Part shown: positions 51,209-60,360 of the stretch, piece by piece
How the letters are laid out: every line of letters starts with the position of its first letter
Position numbering within the stretch: position 1 is the stretch's first letter
From: Octopus sinensis
Taxonomy: Eukaryota
NCBI RefSeq assembly: GCF_006345805.1
Contig: NC_043021.1
Coordinates: 1,860,001-1,924,000 of the forward strand
Length of the DNA stretch: 64,000 nucleotides
Reading direction: 5' to 3'
Notes under the pieces: generated by a model
What the model was told of the DNA's origin: nothing
The model's input: the letters and a program-made list of their open reading frames with translations, nothing else
Databases searched by the model: none
Position numbers and translations under genes: made by a program

Positions 51209-51844
51209 ACTCTCCCAAGATAGAACTGTTTCAACACACATTTTGAACCACGCTCTGACACCCTGTCATCACCATCTTTATCCCTTTCCCAGAGCAACTC
51301 CTGGCAACCCTTATATAATGTGGAGTAGTCAGTGTCGATCCCGAAAGGATGAAAGACAAAGTCAGCCTCAGCGGAATTTGAACTCAGAACATAAAGCTGG
51401 AAGAACTGCTGGTAGGCATTCCGCCTGGTGTGCTGCCAATTCTGACAGTTCGTTCCCTAAATATATCCTGTTGGATTGTCCAAGCCATGCAAACATGACA
51501 GATCGATATTAAATGATGAAGAATCTCACAGAACAAATCCAAAAAACGAAATGGCAATATTACTGAAAGAAATAAAAACAAAAACAAAAAGCAATGCAGG
51601 TGTTACCACCTACCTGTATGGAAAACTTTCCCTTCTTGAATCAAGTTTGCAAGAGTCGCATAGATCAGTTCTTCACTGGGAATCTCCATCTCTTTGTAAC
51701 ACTGCTCCAGTTTCTCTTGCACTGTATCGAGGGTGGCCACGATACGGTTGTTGTTCAGGTCCATAATGATGAGGCAAAGGGCCTCAGGAAGGGGAATAAA
51801 CTGTGTCTGCGGGATTATCTGCATTTCAATTCCATTCACATCAC
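32326..51844 (-). CDS. STOX: Storkhead-box (winged-helix) protein, STOX1/STOX2-like; 5' end unresolved: complement join(51614-51844,37522-37881,32326-33965)
   Basis: [24 protein letters not shown]...[11 protein letters not shown]|[11 protein letters not shown] matches the storkhead WH signature (SQFIPL.E...GYFIVTPQTY); conserved [10 protein letters not shown] motif; all junctions GT-AG, phase 1; about 743 aa in the window. Confidence 0.9.
34072..34372 (+). mobile_element. SINE family D (tRNA-derived head)
   Basis: TGGCCCAGTGGTTAG A-box and GGTTTCAATTCC B-box-like; related copies at about 27112-27380, 47765, 52330 and 52650. Confidence 0.7.
35062..35320. repeat. Three diverged tandem units of about 85-105 bp
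   Basis: Recurring ATCTTTRGGAYTAYA...GGGTGAGAA. Confidence 0.7.
35625..35970 (-). mobile_element. SINE-like family C
   Basis: Conserved core and subrepeats. Confidence 0.8.
36281..36364 (-). ncRNA. Type-I hammerhead ribozyme-like motif with long helix II, inside a 23-bp-IR cassette (36252-36450)
   Basis: Minus strand: TGTGG-CTGAAGA-TTGCT...AGCAT-GAAA-C GATT G-TA-CTACA. Confidence 0.55.
36562..36784. mobile_element. Mariner-derived MITE
   Basis: Imperfect TIRs ACGAGGGG..GCTGAAAAG / CTTTTCAGCACCCTTTCGTA; related to 55274-55481. Confidence 0.65.
37522..37881 (-). CDS. STOX: STOX-like internal exon (360 nt, phase 1-1)
   Basis: TTACAG acceptor; (G)[16 protein letters not shown]...RSISCQT...KNK; donor GTAAAT. 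Confidence 0.9.
38378..38707 (+). mobile_element. SINE family B (3'-truncated)
   Basis: Matches 6149-6535; an inverted partner lies at about 37160-37480. Confidence 0.85.
39391..39434 (-). ncRNA. Hammerhead ribozyme-like motif (A15.1>G variant) in inverted cassette 39311-39595
   Basis: Minus strand: GTCG-CTGAAGA-G-GTCAC aggatgg GTGAC-GAAG GATTT TC-CGAC. Confidence 0.5.
39900..40230 (+). mobile_element. SINE-like family C
   Basis: Conserved core and (GAT)n tail. Confidence 0.82.
43020..43305. repeat. GA-rich minisatellite (GATGGGAAAGAGAGA-like units)
   Basis: Direct inspection. Confidence 0.85.
44100..44625. repeat. (TA)n/(CA)n compound microsatellite with higher-order units
   Basis: Recurring AGTTCCT anchors within TA tracts. 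Confidence 0.9.
45105..45900. mobile_element. SINE B (+) interrupted by two tandem SINE A copies (-, about 45395-45815)
   Basis: TSD CTGGGGTCGATTC at 45372-45384 and 45820-45832. Confidence 0.85.
46650..47060. repeat. (GTA)n/(GTG)n trinucleotide repeat region
   Basis: Direct inspection. Confidence 0.92.
48085..48490 (-). mobile_element. SINE family B, full length
   Basis: Reverse complement of the 6149/51913 copies. Confidence 0.88.
48851..50372 (+). mobile_element. Decayed full-length mariner transposon (transposase pseudogene)
   Basis: [26 protein letters not shown] (HTH), [24 protein letters not shown] motifs with frameshifts; imperfect TIRs GGATTGAAGAATAATTCATG / CATAAATTAATACTCAACC-TA. 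Confidence 0.88.
49502..49733 (+). mobile_element. SINE family A nested in the mariner
   Basis: Near-consensus copy; TSD GGAAAAT at 49495-49501 and 49734-49740. Confidence 0.9.
50382..50616. repeat. Fold-back palindrome of the SINE B 3' half
   Basis: 50382-50489 is the reverse complement of 50508-50616. Confidence 0.85.
51614..51844 (-). CDS. STOX: STOX-like winged-helix exon (231 nt, phase 1-1)
   Basis: TTTCAG acceptor; (G)[30 protein letters not shown]...EGKVFHT; donor GTAGGT. Confidence 0.92.
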
Positions 51845-51912
51845 CTGAAACCAAAAATAGTTTACAGTAAAAGTTTACGGTAACTTACAAGGAAGTTTAC
51901 AAGGAAGTTTAT

Positions 51913-52315
51913 ATGTGGTGGTTGCGTGGTAAGTAGCTTGCTAACCAACCACATGGTTCTGGGTTCAGTCCCACTGCGTGGCATCTTGGGCAAGTGTCTT
52001 CTGCTATAGCCCCGGGCCGACCAATGCCTTGTGAGTGGATTTGGTAGACGGAAACTGAAAGAAGCCTGTCGTATATATGTATATATATATATATGTATGT
52101 GTGTGTTTGTGTGTCTGTGTTTGTCCCCCTAGCATTGCTTGACAACCGATGTTGGTGTGTTTACGTCCCTGTCACTTAGCGGTTTGGCAAAAAGAGACCG
52201 ATAGAATAAGTACTGGGCTTACAAAAAGAATAAGTCCCGGGGTCGAGTTGCTCGACTAAAGGCGGTGCTCCAGCATGGCCACAGTCAAATGACTGAAACA
52301 AGTAAAAGAGTAAAA
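51913..52315 (+). mobile_element. SINE family B, full length
   Basis: Near-identical to 6149-6535. Confidence 0.88.
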
Positions 52316-53634
52316 GAGAGAGAAAGAGTATAGCTTAGTGGTTAGAGCATTTGGCTCATGATTTTAAGGTTGTGAGTTCAATTCCCAGTGGTGCCCTGTG
52401 TCCTTGAACAAGACACTCTATTTCACATTGCTCCAGTCCACTCAGCTGGCAAAAATGAATAGTACCTGTATTTCAAGGGACCAGCCTTGTCACACTGAAT
52501 CTCCCTCAGAAGTATGTGAAAGGGTAACATATGTCTGTGGAGTACTCAACCAGTTGCTTGTTAACTTCACAAGCAAGCTGTTCCATTGATTGAGTGAACC
52601 GGAACCGACAGAATGCTAGTTTGTGTGTGTGCGTGTATGTGTACATGAAGGCGCATGGTTCAGTGGTTAAGGTATTTGACTCATGATCGTAAGGTCATGA
52701 GTTCAATTCCTGGCTAGGCATTGTGTCGTTGAGCAAGACACTTTATTTTCACATTGCTCCAGTCCACTCAGCTGGCAAAAAATGCGTTGGAAATTTTTTT
52801 TTTTTTAAACGGGGGTGGTCACGGCTGGAAGGCCTTCGCTCATAGGTCAGTCCGAACGATGCTGACCTGGATCTAAATAACTAGGAGTAGTAACATCACC
52901 TCCAGGACTCCCCAAACTCCTACCACCATTATTCGTCACCTCTCACAGCAGCCATCCATCACAACCACCACCACCACCGCCACCACCGCCACCACCACCA
53001 CCGCCACCCCATCCCACTCGTGCACACCTCACTCACTCCCTCACTCGCTCCATCGACTCAGCAAGTGTTTGTTTGCCAACAGCCAATGAGTGACTCATCA
53101 ACTGTTACATCTCCAATAAACACACACACACACACACACATCCAAATCATTCATGCACTCTTACATATATCAGTGCTGTGATGGTCTCTGGTCGCTATGG
53201 TGATACGGCTGCGGGGCTTGCTGCTGCTGCTGCTGCACTTTCCACCCACCCACCCCTACCACCACCACCACCATCATCACTACAATCACCGCCGTCGCCA
53301 CTAGTGCTGCTGCTACCTGACCAACAAGCGGAAGTGACGGTAATCGATCTGTTGTAGACGCAAAACCGATCATGGTGGTGGGAGGCGGGGGGTGGGGGCT
53401 GGGAGAAAAGGCTTTGCTTACTTCATCACAACCTTTTACGATACTCATTACGATACTCATATCTTGTTCTTCTTACCTGCTATGATGCTGCGACCGACAG
53501 TAGGCACTGCAGCCGACCCCTAACCACACAGTAGGTCGTCGAAAGTGACGAGATACGAACCCACACTTTCAACGACGCCAAACCTAACTCTATACGCTTC
53601 ACCAACCCATTAATAATCACTTCCCTCTATCAAT

Positions 53635-53930
53635 TTGTCTATATCTATCTCTCAATCTATCTGTCTGTCTGTCTATCTCTCTCTCAATCTATCTGTCTAT
53701 ATCTCTCAATCTGTCTATCTATCTGTCTATATCTCTCAATCTGTCTGTCTGTCTATCTCTCTATATCTCAATCTGTCTGTCTGTCTATATCTATCTCTCA
53801 ATCTGTCTGTCTATCTGTCTATATCTCTCAATCTATCTGTCTGTCTATCTGTCTGTCTATATCTCTCAATCTGTCTATCTGTCTGCCTGCCTGTCTGTAT
53901 CTATCTGTCTATCTATCCATCCATCCATCC
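53635..53930. repeat. (TCTA/TCTG)n compound tetranucleotide repeat
   Basis: Direct inspection. Confidence 0.9.
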
Positions 53931-54159
53931 AATCATGTAATTATCGAACCATCCAGCTGATCCTAGAGCCACAACAAGAACTCTCAATCTGCTAGAAAAA
54001 GCAACCAAATCACACAATGCCACCTTAAAAACAGGACATGGGACACATTGGATATTATAATCCCAAACATGAAATGTTCATGACCGGAACACCTTGATCA
54101 CAGGTCTATGCTCAAACAGGGCTTATGCAGGGCTAAGCAACAACAGGCTATCAATCTAC

Positions 54160-54227
<68 letters not shown>

Positions 54228-54269
54228 CATATATATATATACATATATATACACATATATATACACACT

Positions 54270-54462
54270 CTCTTTTACTCGTTTCAATCATTTGATTGCG
54301 GCCATGCTGGAGCACCACCTTTAGTAAAGCAAATCGACCCCAAGACTTATTCTTTGTAAGCCTGGTACTTATTCTATCAGTCTCTTTTGCCGAACTGCTA
54401 AATTATGGGGACGTAAACACACCAGCATCGGTTGTCAAGCAATGTTGGGGGGACAAATACAG

Positions 54463-54499
<37 letters not shown>

Positions 54500-54910
54500 C
54501 ATATATACGACGGGCTTCTTTTCAGTTTCAGAGGCTATAGTGGAAGACACTTGCCCAAGATGCCACACAGTGGGACTGAACCCGGAACCATGTGACTGTG
54601 GCCATGCTGGAGCACCGCCTTTAGTCGAACAAATCGACCCCAGGACTTATTCTATCGGTCTCTTTTGCTGAACTGCTAAGCTACAGGGACATAAACATAC
54701 CAGCATATGTTGTCACATGATGTTGGGGGACAAACACAGACATATACATGACGGGCTTCTTTCAGTTTCTGTCTAGCAAATCCACTCACAAGGCTTTGGT
54801 CGGCCCGGGGCTATAGTAGAAGACACTTACCCATGGTGCCATGCAGTGGGACTGAACCCGGAACCATGTGGTTGGTAAGCAAGCTACTTACCACACAGCC
54901 ACTCCTGCAC
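54270..54910 (-). mobile_element. Two tandem SINE B copies
   Basis: Units at about 54270-54595 and 54595-54910. Confidence 0.82.
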
Positions 54911-55273
54911 TCATTCTCTAAGTTTTTTTCTGTCTTTAACTTAGGAGATGTAAAACTCTGTTATATTTATTTCTCTCTCTTTCAGTTTGCTTGAAGAAAG
55001 ACAATGTCTGAATCATTGGATTTTTTCACACCTCACAGCAAATTCCCTGTACACTTTTAATTGATTTTACTAAAAAAAAAAAAATACAGATTTTACCAAT
55101 GCAGACCAACACTAGTCTCCTTGGAGTAATTGGCAGAAATTACAGAGTGACTCAAGGACAGCAAGTTTCATGCAATGGCACTCATCATGAGTGCACAAAA
55201 CTCTCAGCACTTCAGTCAATGTCATTTCTGCCGACCAATGATGATTATATATTTATACACATACACACAGACA

Positions 55274-55481
55274 CAAGGTAGTACTGAAAAGTTCCTGGCT
55301 TTAAGAGTATTGTGAAAGGCCTGGCTGGAGACCCAAGTTCTTTTACAGGGCTTAGAAAAACTGAAGGACCACTACAAATAAGTGCATGAAACAGAGCGGA
55401 ATATATGGAATAAAATCATAATTAACTGATTCTCCTGTATTTTCTTTTACCCAAAGCCAGGAACTTTCCAGTACCACCTTG
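55274..55481. mobile_element. Mariner-derived MITE, about 29-bp TIRs
   Basis: CAAGGTAGTACTGAAAAGTTCCTGGCTTT / AAAGCCAGGAACTTTCCAGTACCACCTTG. Confidence 0.75.
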
Positions 55482-55502
55482 GGTGTGTGTATATATATAT
55501 AT

Positions 55503-56249
55503 ACACACACACATACACGATGTTGCAGTTAAATCAAGCTTCAATGCCAAACTCCCCCCACCGCAGTCGCTGTGTTGTTAATCCCAGATTATCAAATGAG
55601 AGACAAGAATTGATTGATGTAGGACAGGGATCAGGAGAGAGCTGGATGAATGGATAAATAGATAGATTGACAGATCGATATGTGAGCAGAGATTAGAGAT
55701 ATTGGAGAACTGAAATGCACAGAACAGATGCATGTATGTGTGTATAAATGTATGTATATATATACACACAGGTTTTGAGTTCTGGTTTTCAGTTGGCATC
55801 ACCAAACCTATGTGTCTGTATATTTCTTTTGTTTCAGTCATTTGATTGCGACCATGCTGGAGCGCTGCCTTTAGTTGAACAAATCGACCCCGGGACATTC
55901 TTTGTAAGCCTGGTAGTTATTCTATCGGTCTCTCTTGCTGAACCGCTAAGTTATGGGGATGTAAAGACACCAACATCAGTTGTCAAGTGATGGGGGTGAC
56001 AGGACAAACACAGACACACTATATATATATATATATAGTGCCTTCGAAACGTGGAGTAGATGAAACAGGGACAACTGAAGAAGGGGAATATTCTTCATAT
56101 TGTATGTCTCGTTTCTCTGTTTGTTTTTTTTGTTGTTTGAAAAAAAGTCCGTTTCTATGTTTTTGTGTTTATGTTTCTCATTGTGTTCAATGCTTTTTTG
56201 ATGTCCTGTACCCATATATGCATGTAGATATGTACACATATGTATATAT

Positions 56250-56288
<39 letters not shown>

Positions 56289-56947
56289 GGGAAGCTTTAT
56301 GAAAATAAACAAAAGACGAAGGCAGGTGGAATACAAACAAACAATTGTATTAGTATGGCGCTCAGGAATATAAATAAAACAAGTCTTTTACGTTTCGAGC
56401 CTACGCTCTTCAACAGAAAGATACACAGAAAAGAAACACGGAGAAAAACAAGGAGAGAAAAAAAATGTGCGCAGAAGCTAGCGAATCAACATGTATAGCA
56501 AATGCGTGCAGAAGCTTGCGAATCATATATATATATATATATAGACAGACTTCTTTCAGTTTCTGTCTACCAATTCCACTCACAAGGCTTTGATCAGCCC
56601 CCAAGGCTATAGTAGAAGACACTTGCCCAAGGTGCCCACATAGTGGGACTGAACCCGGAACCACGTGGTTGATAAGCAAGCTACTTACCACACAGCCACA
56701 CACATACATGCATCTGTTCTGTGCATATCAGTTCTCCAATATCTCTAATCTCTGCTCACATATCGATCTGTCAATCTATCTATTTATCCATTCATCCAGC
56801 TCTCTCTCTCCTGATCCCTGTCCTACATCAAACGATCGATTCTTCTCTTTCACTCGATAATCTGGGATTAACAGAGCAGCTGCGGCAGAGAAGTCTGGCA
56901 TAGGAATTTGATTTAACTGCAACATCATGTGTGTATGTGTGTGTGTA
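55503..56947. repeat. Inverted duplication, about 245-bp arms (55503-55745 / 56699-56947)
   Basis: The arms are reverse complements and enclose a SINE B interrupted by Penelope-like fragments. Confidence 0.88.
56384..56421 (-). ncRNA. Minimal type-I hammerhead ribozyme-like motif (Penelope-like pLTR type, CUGUUGA core variant)
   Basis: Minus strand: TCTTT-CTGTTGA-A-GAGC gtag GCTC-GAAA-CG-TA-AAAGA; perfect helices I and II; palindromic ACGT helix III. Confidence 0.65.
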
Positions 56948-56949
56948 GG

Positions 56950-57325
56950 CTCCCATGCCAGTGGCACATAAAAAGCACTATCTGAACGTGATTGATGCCA
57001 GGGCCACCTGACTGGCTCCTGTGCCGGTGGTATGTAAAAAGCACCCTCCAAACGTGGTCAATGCCAGTGTCCCCTGATTGGCTCTCCTGCTGGTGGCATG
57101 TAAAGAGCACTATCCAAATGTGGTCGGTGCCAGGCCTGACTGACTGGCTCCTGTGCTGGTGGCACGTAAAAAGCACCCACTACACTCTCAGAGTGATTGG
57201 CATTAAGAAGGGCATCCAGCTGTAGAAACCTTGCCAGATCAGATTGGAATCTGGTGCAGCCACTGGCTCTCCAGACCTCAGTCAAACCGTCCAAACCATG
57301 CCAGCATGGAAAACGGATGTTAAAC
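56950..57325 (+). mobile_element. SINE-like family C with expanded subrepeat array
   Basis: Four GTGCYRGTGGYAYRTAAAAAGCAC units ahead of the conserved core. Confidence 0.8.
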
Positions 57326-57337
57326 AATGCATTACTA

Positions 57338-57505
57338 AGTGTGGGGCATGGTTGGAAAAGACACCAATTGTTCTACCTGTAAGGCCAGGGCTGATCTGGT
57401 GACAAAGATCAAAGGGTTGTTCAAAGATCTTCCTGGGGATACAGTGAGGCGTGCATGTGCCAGGTTCCATAACCATGGTGGAAGCTGAGGGCAGTTACCT
57501 TGACT
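57338..57505 (+). mobile_element. Tc1/mariner-superfamily transposase C-terminal remnant
   Basis: VWGMVGKDTNCSTCKARADLVTKIKGLFKDLPGDTVRRACARF...VEAEGSYLD. Confidence 0.6.
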
Positions 57506-57750
57506 AAACTGCTGTTCAATTGATATCTTTTGATGTTTTTTAAAAAAAATTTTATTCTTGGATGGGGCATTATGCTTCCTTTTCTGCTTATGAAAACTGC
57601 CAAATTTAGCCCGAACATCGCGCACGCGTGCGTGCATGTAGATATGTATGTATGTATATGTAATTTTATAAATACAAGGGTAAAAATTATCAAATAATTT
57701 ATACTAGTGGTTAGCATGTGTAATAAGAATCAGAAGCCAAATATTTTTAA

Positions 57751-57885
57751 ATATAATAGTGTATGAAATATAGACGGAGAGAAACCCACCATGTGGATTT
57801 CTTTCATGCAAGAAAGAGCCTTTCTAGCAAGTAAGAAATCCACATGGTGGTTTTCTCTCCATGTATATTTCCTACACTATTATAT
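57751..57885. repeat. 135-nt near-perfect palindrome
   Basis: ATATAATAGTGTATGAAATATAGACGGAGAGAAACCCACCATGTGGATTTCTT... pairs with ...AAGAAATCCACATGGTGGTTTTCTCTCCATGTATATTTCCTACACTATTATAT. Confidence 0.9.
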
Positions 57886-58130
57886 ATGTATATGTGTGTG
57901 CATGTGTGTAATTATTCAGTTTTATGTCAAGATTTCTTGCCAATAGAGAAGGAGCCAGTTTCTGACCCAGATCCAAGGGTCCTTCATTGGAATTTCAACA
58001 ACATCAACAGGATACTTTTTCACATGTGATGTGTGTGTGTGTGTACACAGTATCTGGAGTCAGTACAAGTGCAGATATGTATGTATTCTCATACATATAA
58101 TTGCATGTCTAGATATGTACATACATACAC

Positions 58131-58460
58131 TTAAATGATAAACTTCTGAAAAGCTTTACAAATGATCACAGTTCCAGTGATGGTTTAAATCCATAGTCTT
58201 CGAATCAGCTTTCTCCTTTCTGCTTTTGAGAAGCCCAATTCTCAAGATTGGTACTTAGGCAACGTGTTACATACCCCCAGTACCCCAATAATTACAGGTA
58301 TAAACCTGAACTTGTAATTTGGGTTCAGCGTAGGAACTTACTTTTTCACTGATCTTTAACCTTACGTTAATATCCAATGGGCAGATTATTTCCTCCACTG
58401 TACACAGTTTCTCTTCTCTGTCCCAATTCCCTGTCAGGTTTATTATGCTGGTATGGACAT
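58131..58460 (-). mobile_element. 3' fragment of a REL-endonuclease (R2/R4/CRE-type) non-LTR retrotransposon
   Basis: HNKPD, WDREEKLCTVEEIICPLDINVRLK, YKFRFIPVIIGVLG, LGFSKAERRKLIRRL..GTVIICKAFQKFII* with frameshifts; a second remnant PLVIGALGTISKN at about 58595-58745. Confidence 0.7.
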
Positions 58461-58786
58461 ATAAGTATGTATGTATACATACACACATATATATATATAT
58501 ATACACACACAAAGCTGATACTTGACTATATATGTATATGCTGCTATATATATGGATATCATTGTCATTATTATTTGTCTTGGTCTTAAGAGTTATGTCA
58601 AGTCATTCTGCTCAAATAGCAAGTCACTTCTCGTGACCTTCGGTACCAAGTACCTTTTCTTAAAGTATTGTGCATAACAAAAGTTTGTCACAATGAAATT
58701 CTTGCTTATGGTACCCAGCGCACCAATGACAAGTGGCTTTACATTATTATTATTAATATTATTATTATTATTATTATTATTATTAA

Positions 58787-59228
58787 GGTGTCGAGCTGGC
58801 AGAATCGTTAGCATACCAAGCAAAATGTTTTGCTGCATTTTGTCCGTCCTTACGTTCTGAGTTCAAATTCCGCCAAGGTTGACTTTGCCTTTCAGCCCTT
58901 CGAGGTCAATAAGCACCAGTTTCATACTTGGGGTCGATCTAATTGACTGCTCCCCACTCCACTCCCCCAAAATTTTAGGCCTTGTGCCTAGAGTAGAAAA
59001 GATTATTATTATTATCAAAGCTGCAAGCTGGCAGAATCGTTAGCACACCAGGCATAATGCTTAGCAGCATTTCATCAACTGCTATGTTCTGAGTTCAAAT
59101 TCTGCTGAGGTCAACTTTGTCTTTCATCCTTTCATGGTCGACAAAGTAAGTACCAGTTGCATACTGAGGTCAATCTAATCGACTGGTCCTCTCCCTCCAG
59201 ATTTCGGGCCTTGTGTCTATAGTAGAAA
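58787..59228 (+). mobile_element. Two tandem SINE A (variant tail) copies
   Basis: Units at about 58787-59000 and 59020-59228. Confidence 0.82.
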
Positions 59229-60111
59229 GTTTCTGTCTACCAAATCCACTCACAAGGCTTTGGTTGGCCCGAGGCTATAGCAGAAGACACTTGCCCAAGG
59301 TGCCACGCAGTGAAACCGGAACTATGTGATTTGGTAAGCAAGCTACTTACCACACAACCACTCCTACGCCTCTTGCTTATTATTATTATTATTATTATAT
59401 TATTATTGATAAACGGTAGAAGTTACAGAGTGACTCAAGGGCCGAGAGTTCCGTTCGTTTGCTCCTGTCAACAGTCGCTCCATAACTTCTGCTCATTAAT
59501 AACGCGTGTGTGTAGTTAAAAATGCGTTTTTTAGGTGGATAAAAAGAAGCATCGAAGTTAGTCTCTCTTGCATGTAAGACACACACACACACACTTTCTC
59601 TCGGCGAGACATAACGTAAATATAAACAAACAAGTGTGACTAATGTATATCTTCTTTCTTTCTTTCTTTCTTCATTCCTCTCCCCCTCTGAGACAATTGT
59701 TTGCATGGAGTGCAGGCGGGTGAGTGTGGCAAGTCTGGAAAGGCGGCGGTGGTGGTGGTGGTGGTGGAGGTTGCGGTAATAAACGTGTGTGTGTGTGTGT
59801 GTGTGAATGTTGAAGTGTGTGAGAACTATAAAGGAGTTGGAGGGGGGGAGGGATAGATGTATTGGCGGGGGAGGGGGGGAAGGGAGCTGAGTGAAAACTA
59901 ATATCTTGTATGTCTCCATTTGGAGAGGAATGAGTAATTGGAGAACTGAGAGAGGGTGGGATTGGAGGGGAGGGAAGAAGGTGAAGTTGATGTGAAAGGG
60001 AGAAAGAGTGAAAGTTGAGGTAGACAGAGGCAGAGAGAGAGAGGGGGGGAAGATTTAGAGAGGGAGAAACAACTGGAGAATGCAAGAGGAAAGGGGTGGA
60101 GATGGATCCAA

Positions 60112-60263
60112 CGAGAGAGAGAGAGTGTGTGTGTGTGTGAAAGAGAGAGAGTGTGTGTGTGTGAAAGAGAGAGAGTGTGTGTGTGTGTGTGAAAGAGAGA
60201 GAGAGTGTGTGTGTGTGTGTGTGAAAGAGAGAGAGTGTGTGTGTGTGTGTGTGTGTGAAAGAG

Positions 60264-60346
<83 letters not shown>

Positions 60347-60360
60347 GAGAGAGAAAGAAA
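60112..60360. repeat. (GA)n/(GT)n compound microsatellite
   Basis: Direct inspection. Confidence 0.93.

Noticed and set aside
56072-56100. CTGAAGAAGGGG as an additional hammerhead
   Set aside because: No downstream GAAA/NUH in the right geometry; only a 3'-half remnant (CGAAACGT) lies upstream at about 56045
56950-57180. CRISPR-like repeat-spacer pattern (GTGCCGGTGGCACGTAAAAAGCAC units)
   Set aside because: Internal subrepeats of dispersed family C; the spacers resemble each other, there are no cas genes and the context is eukaryotic
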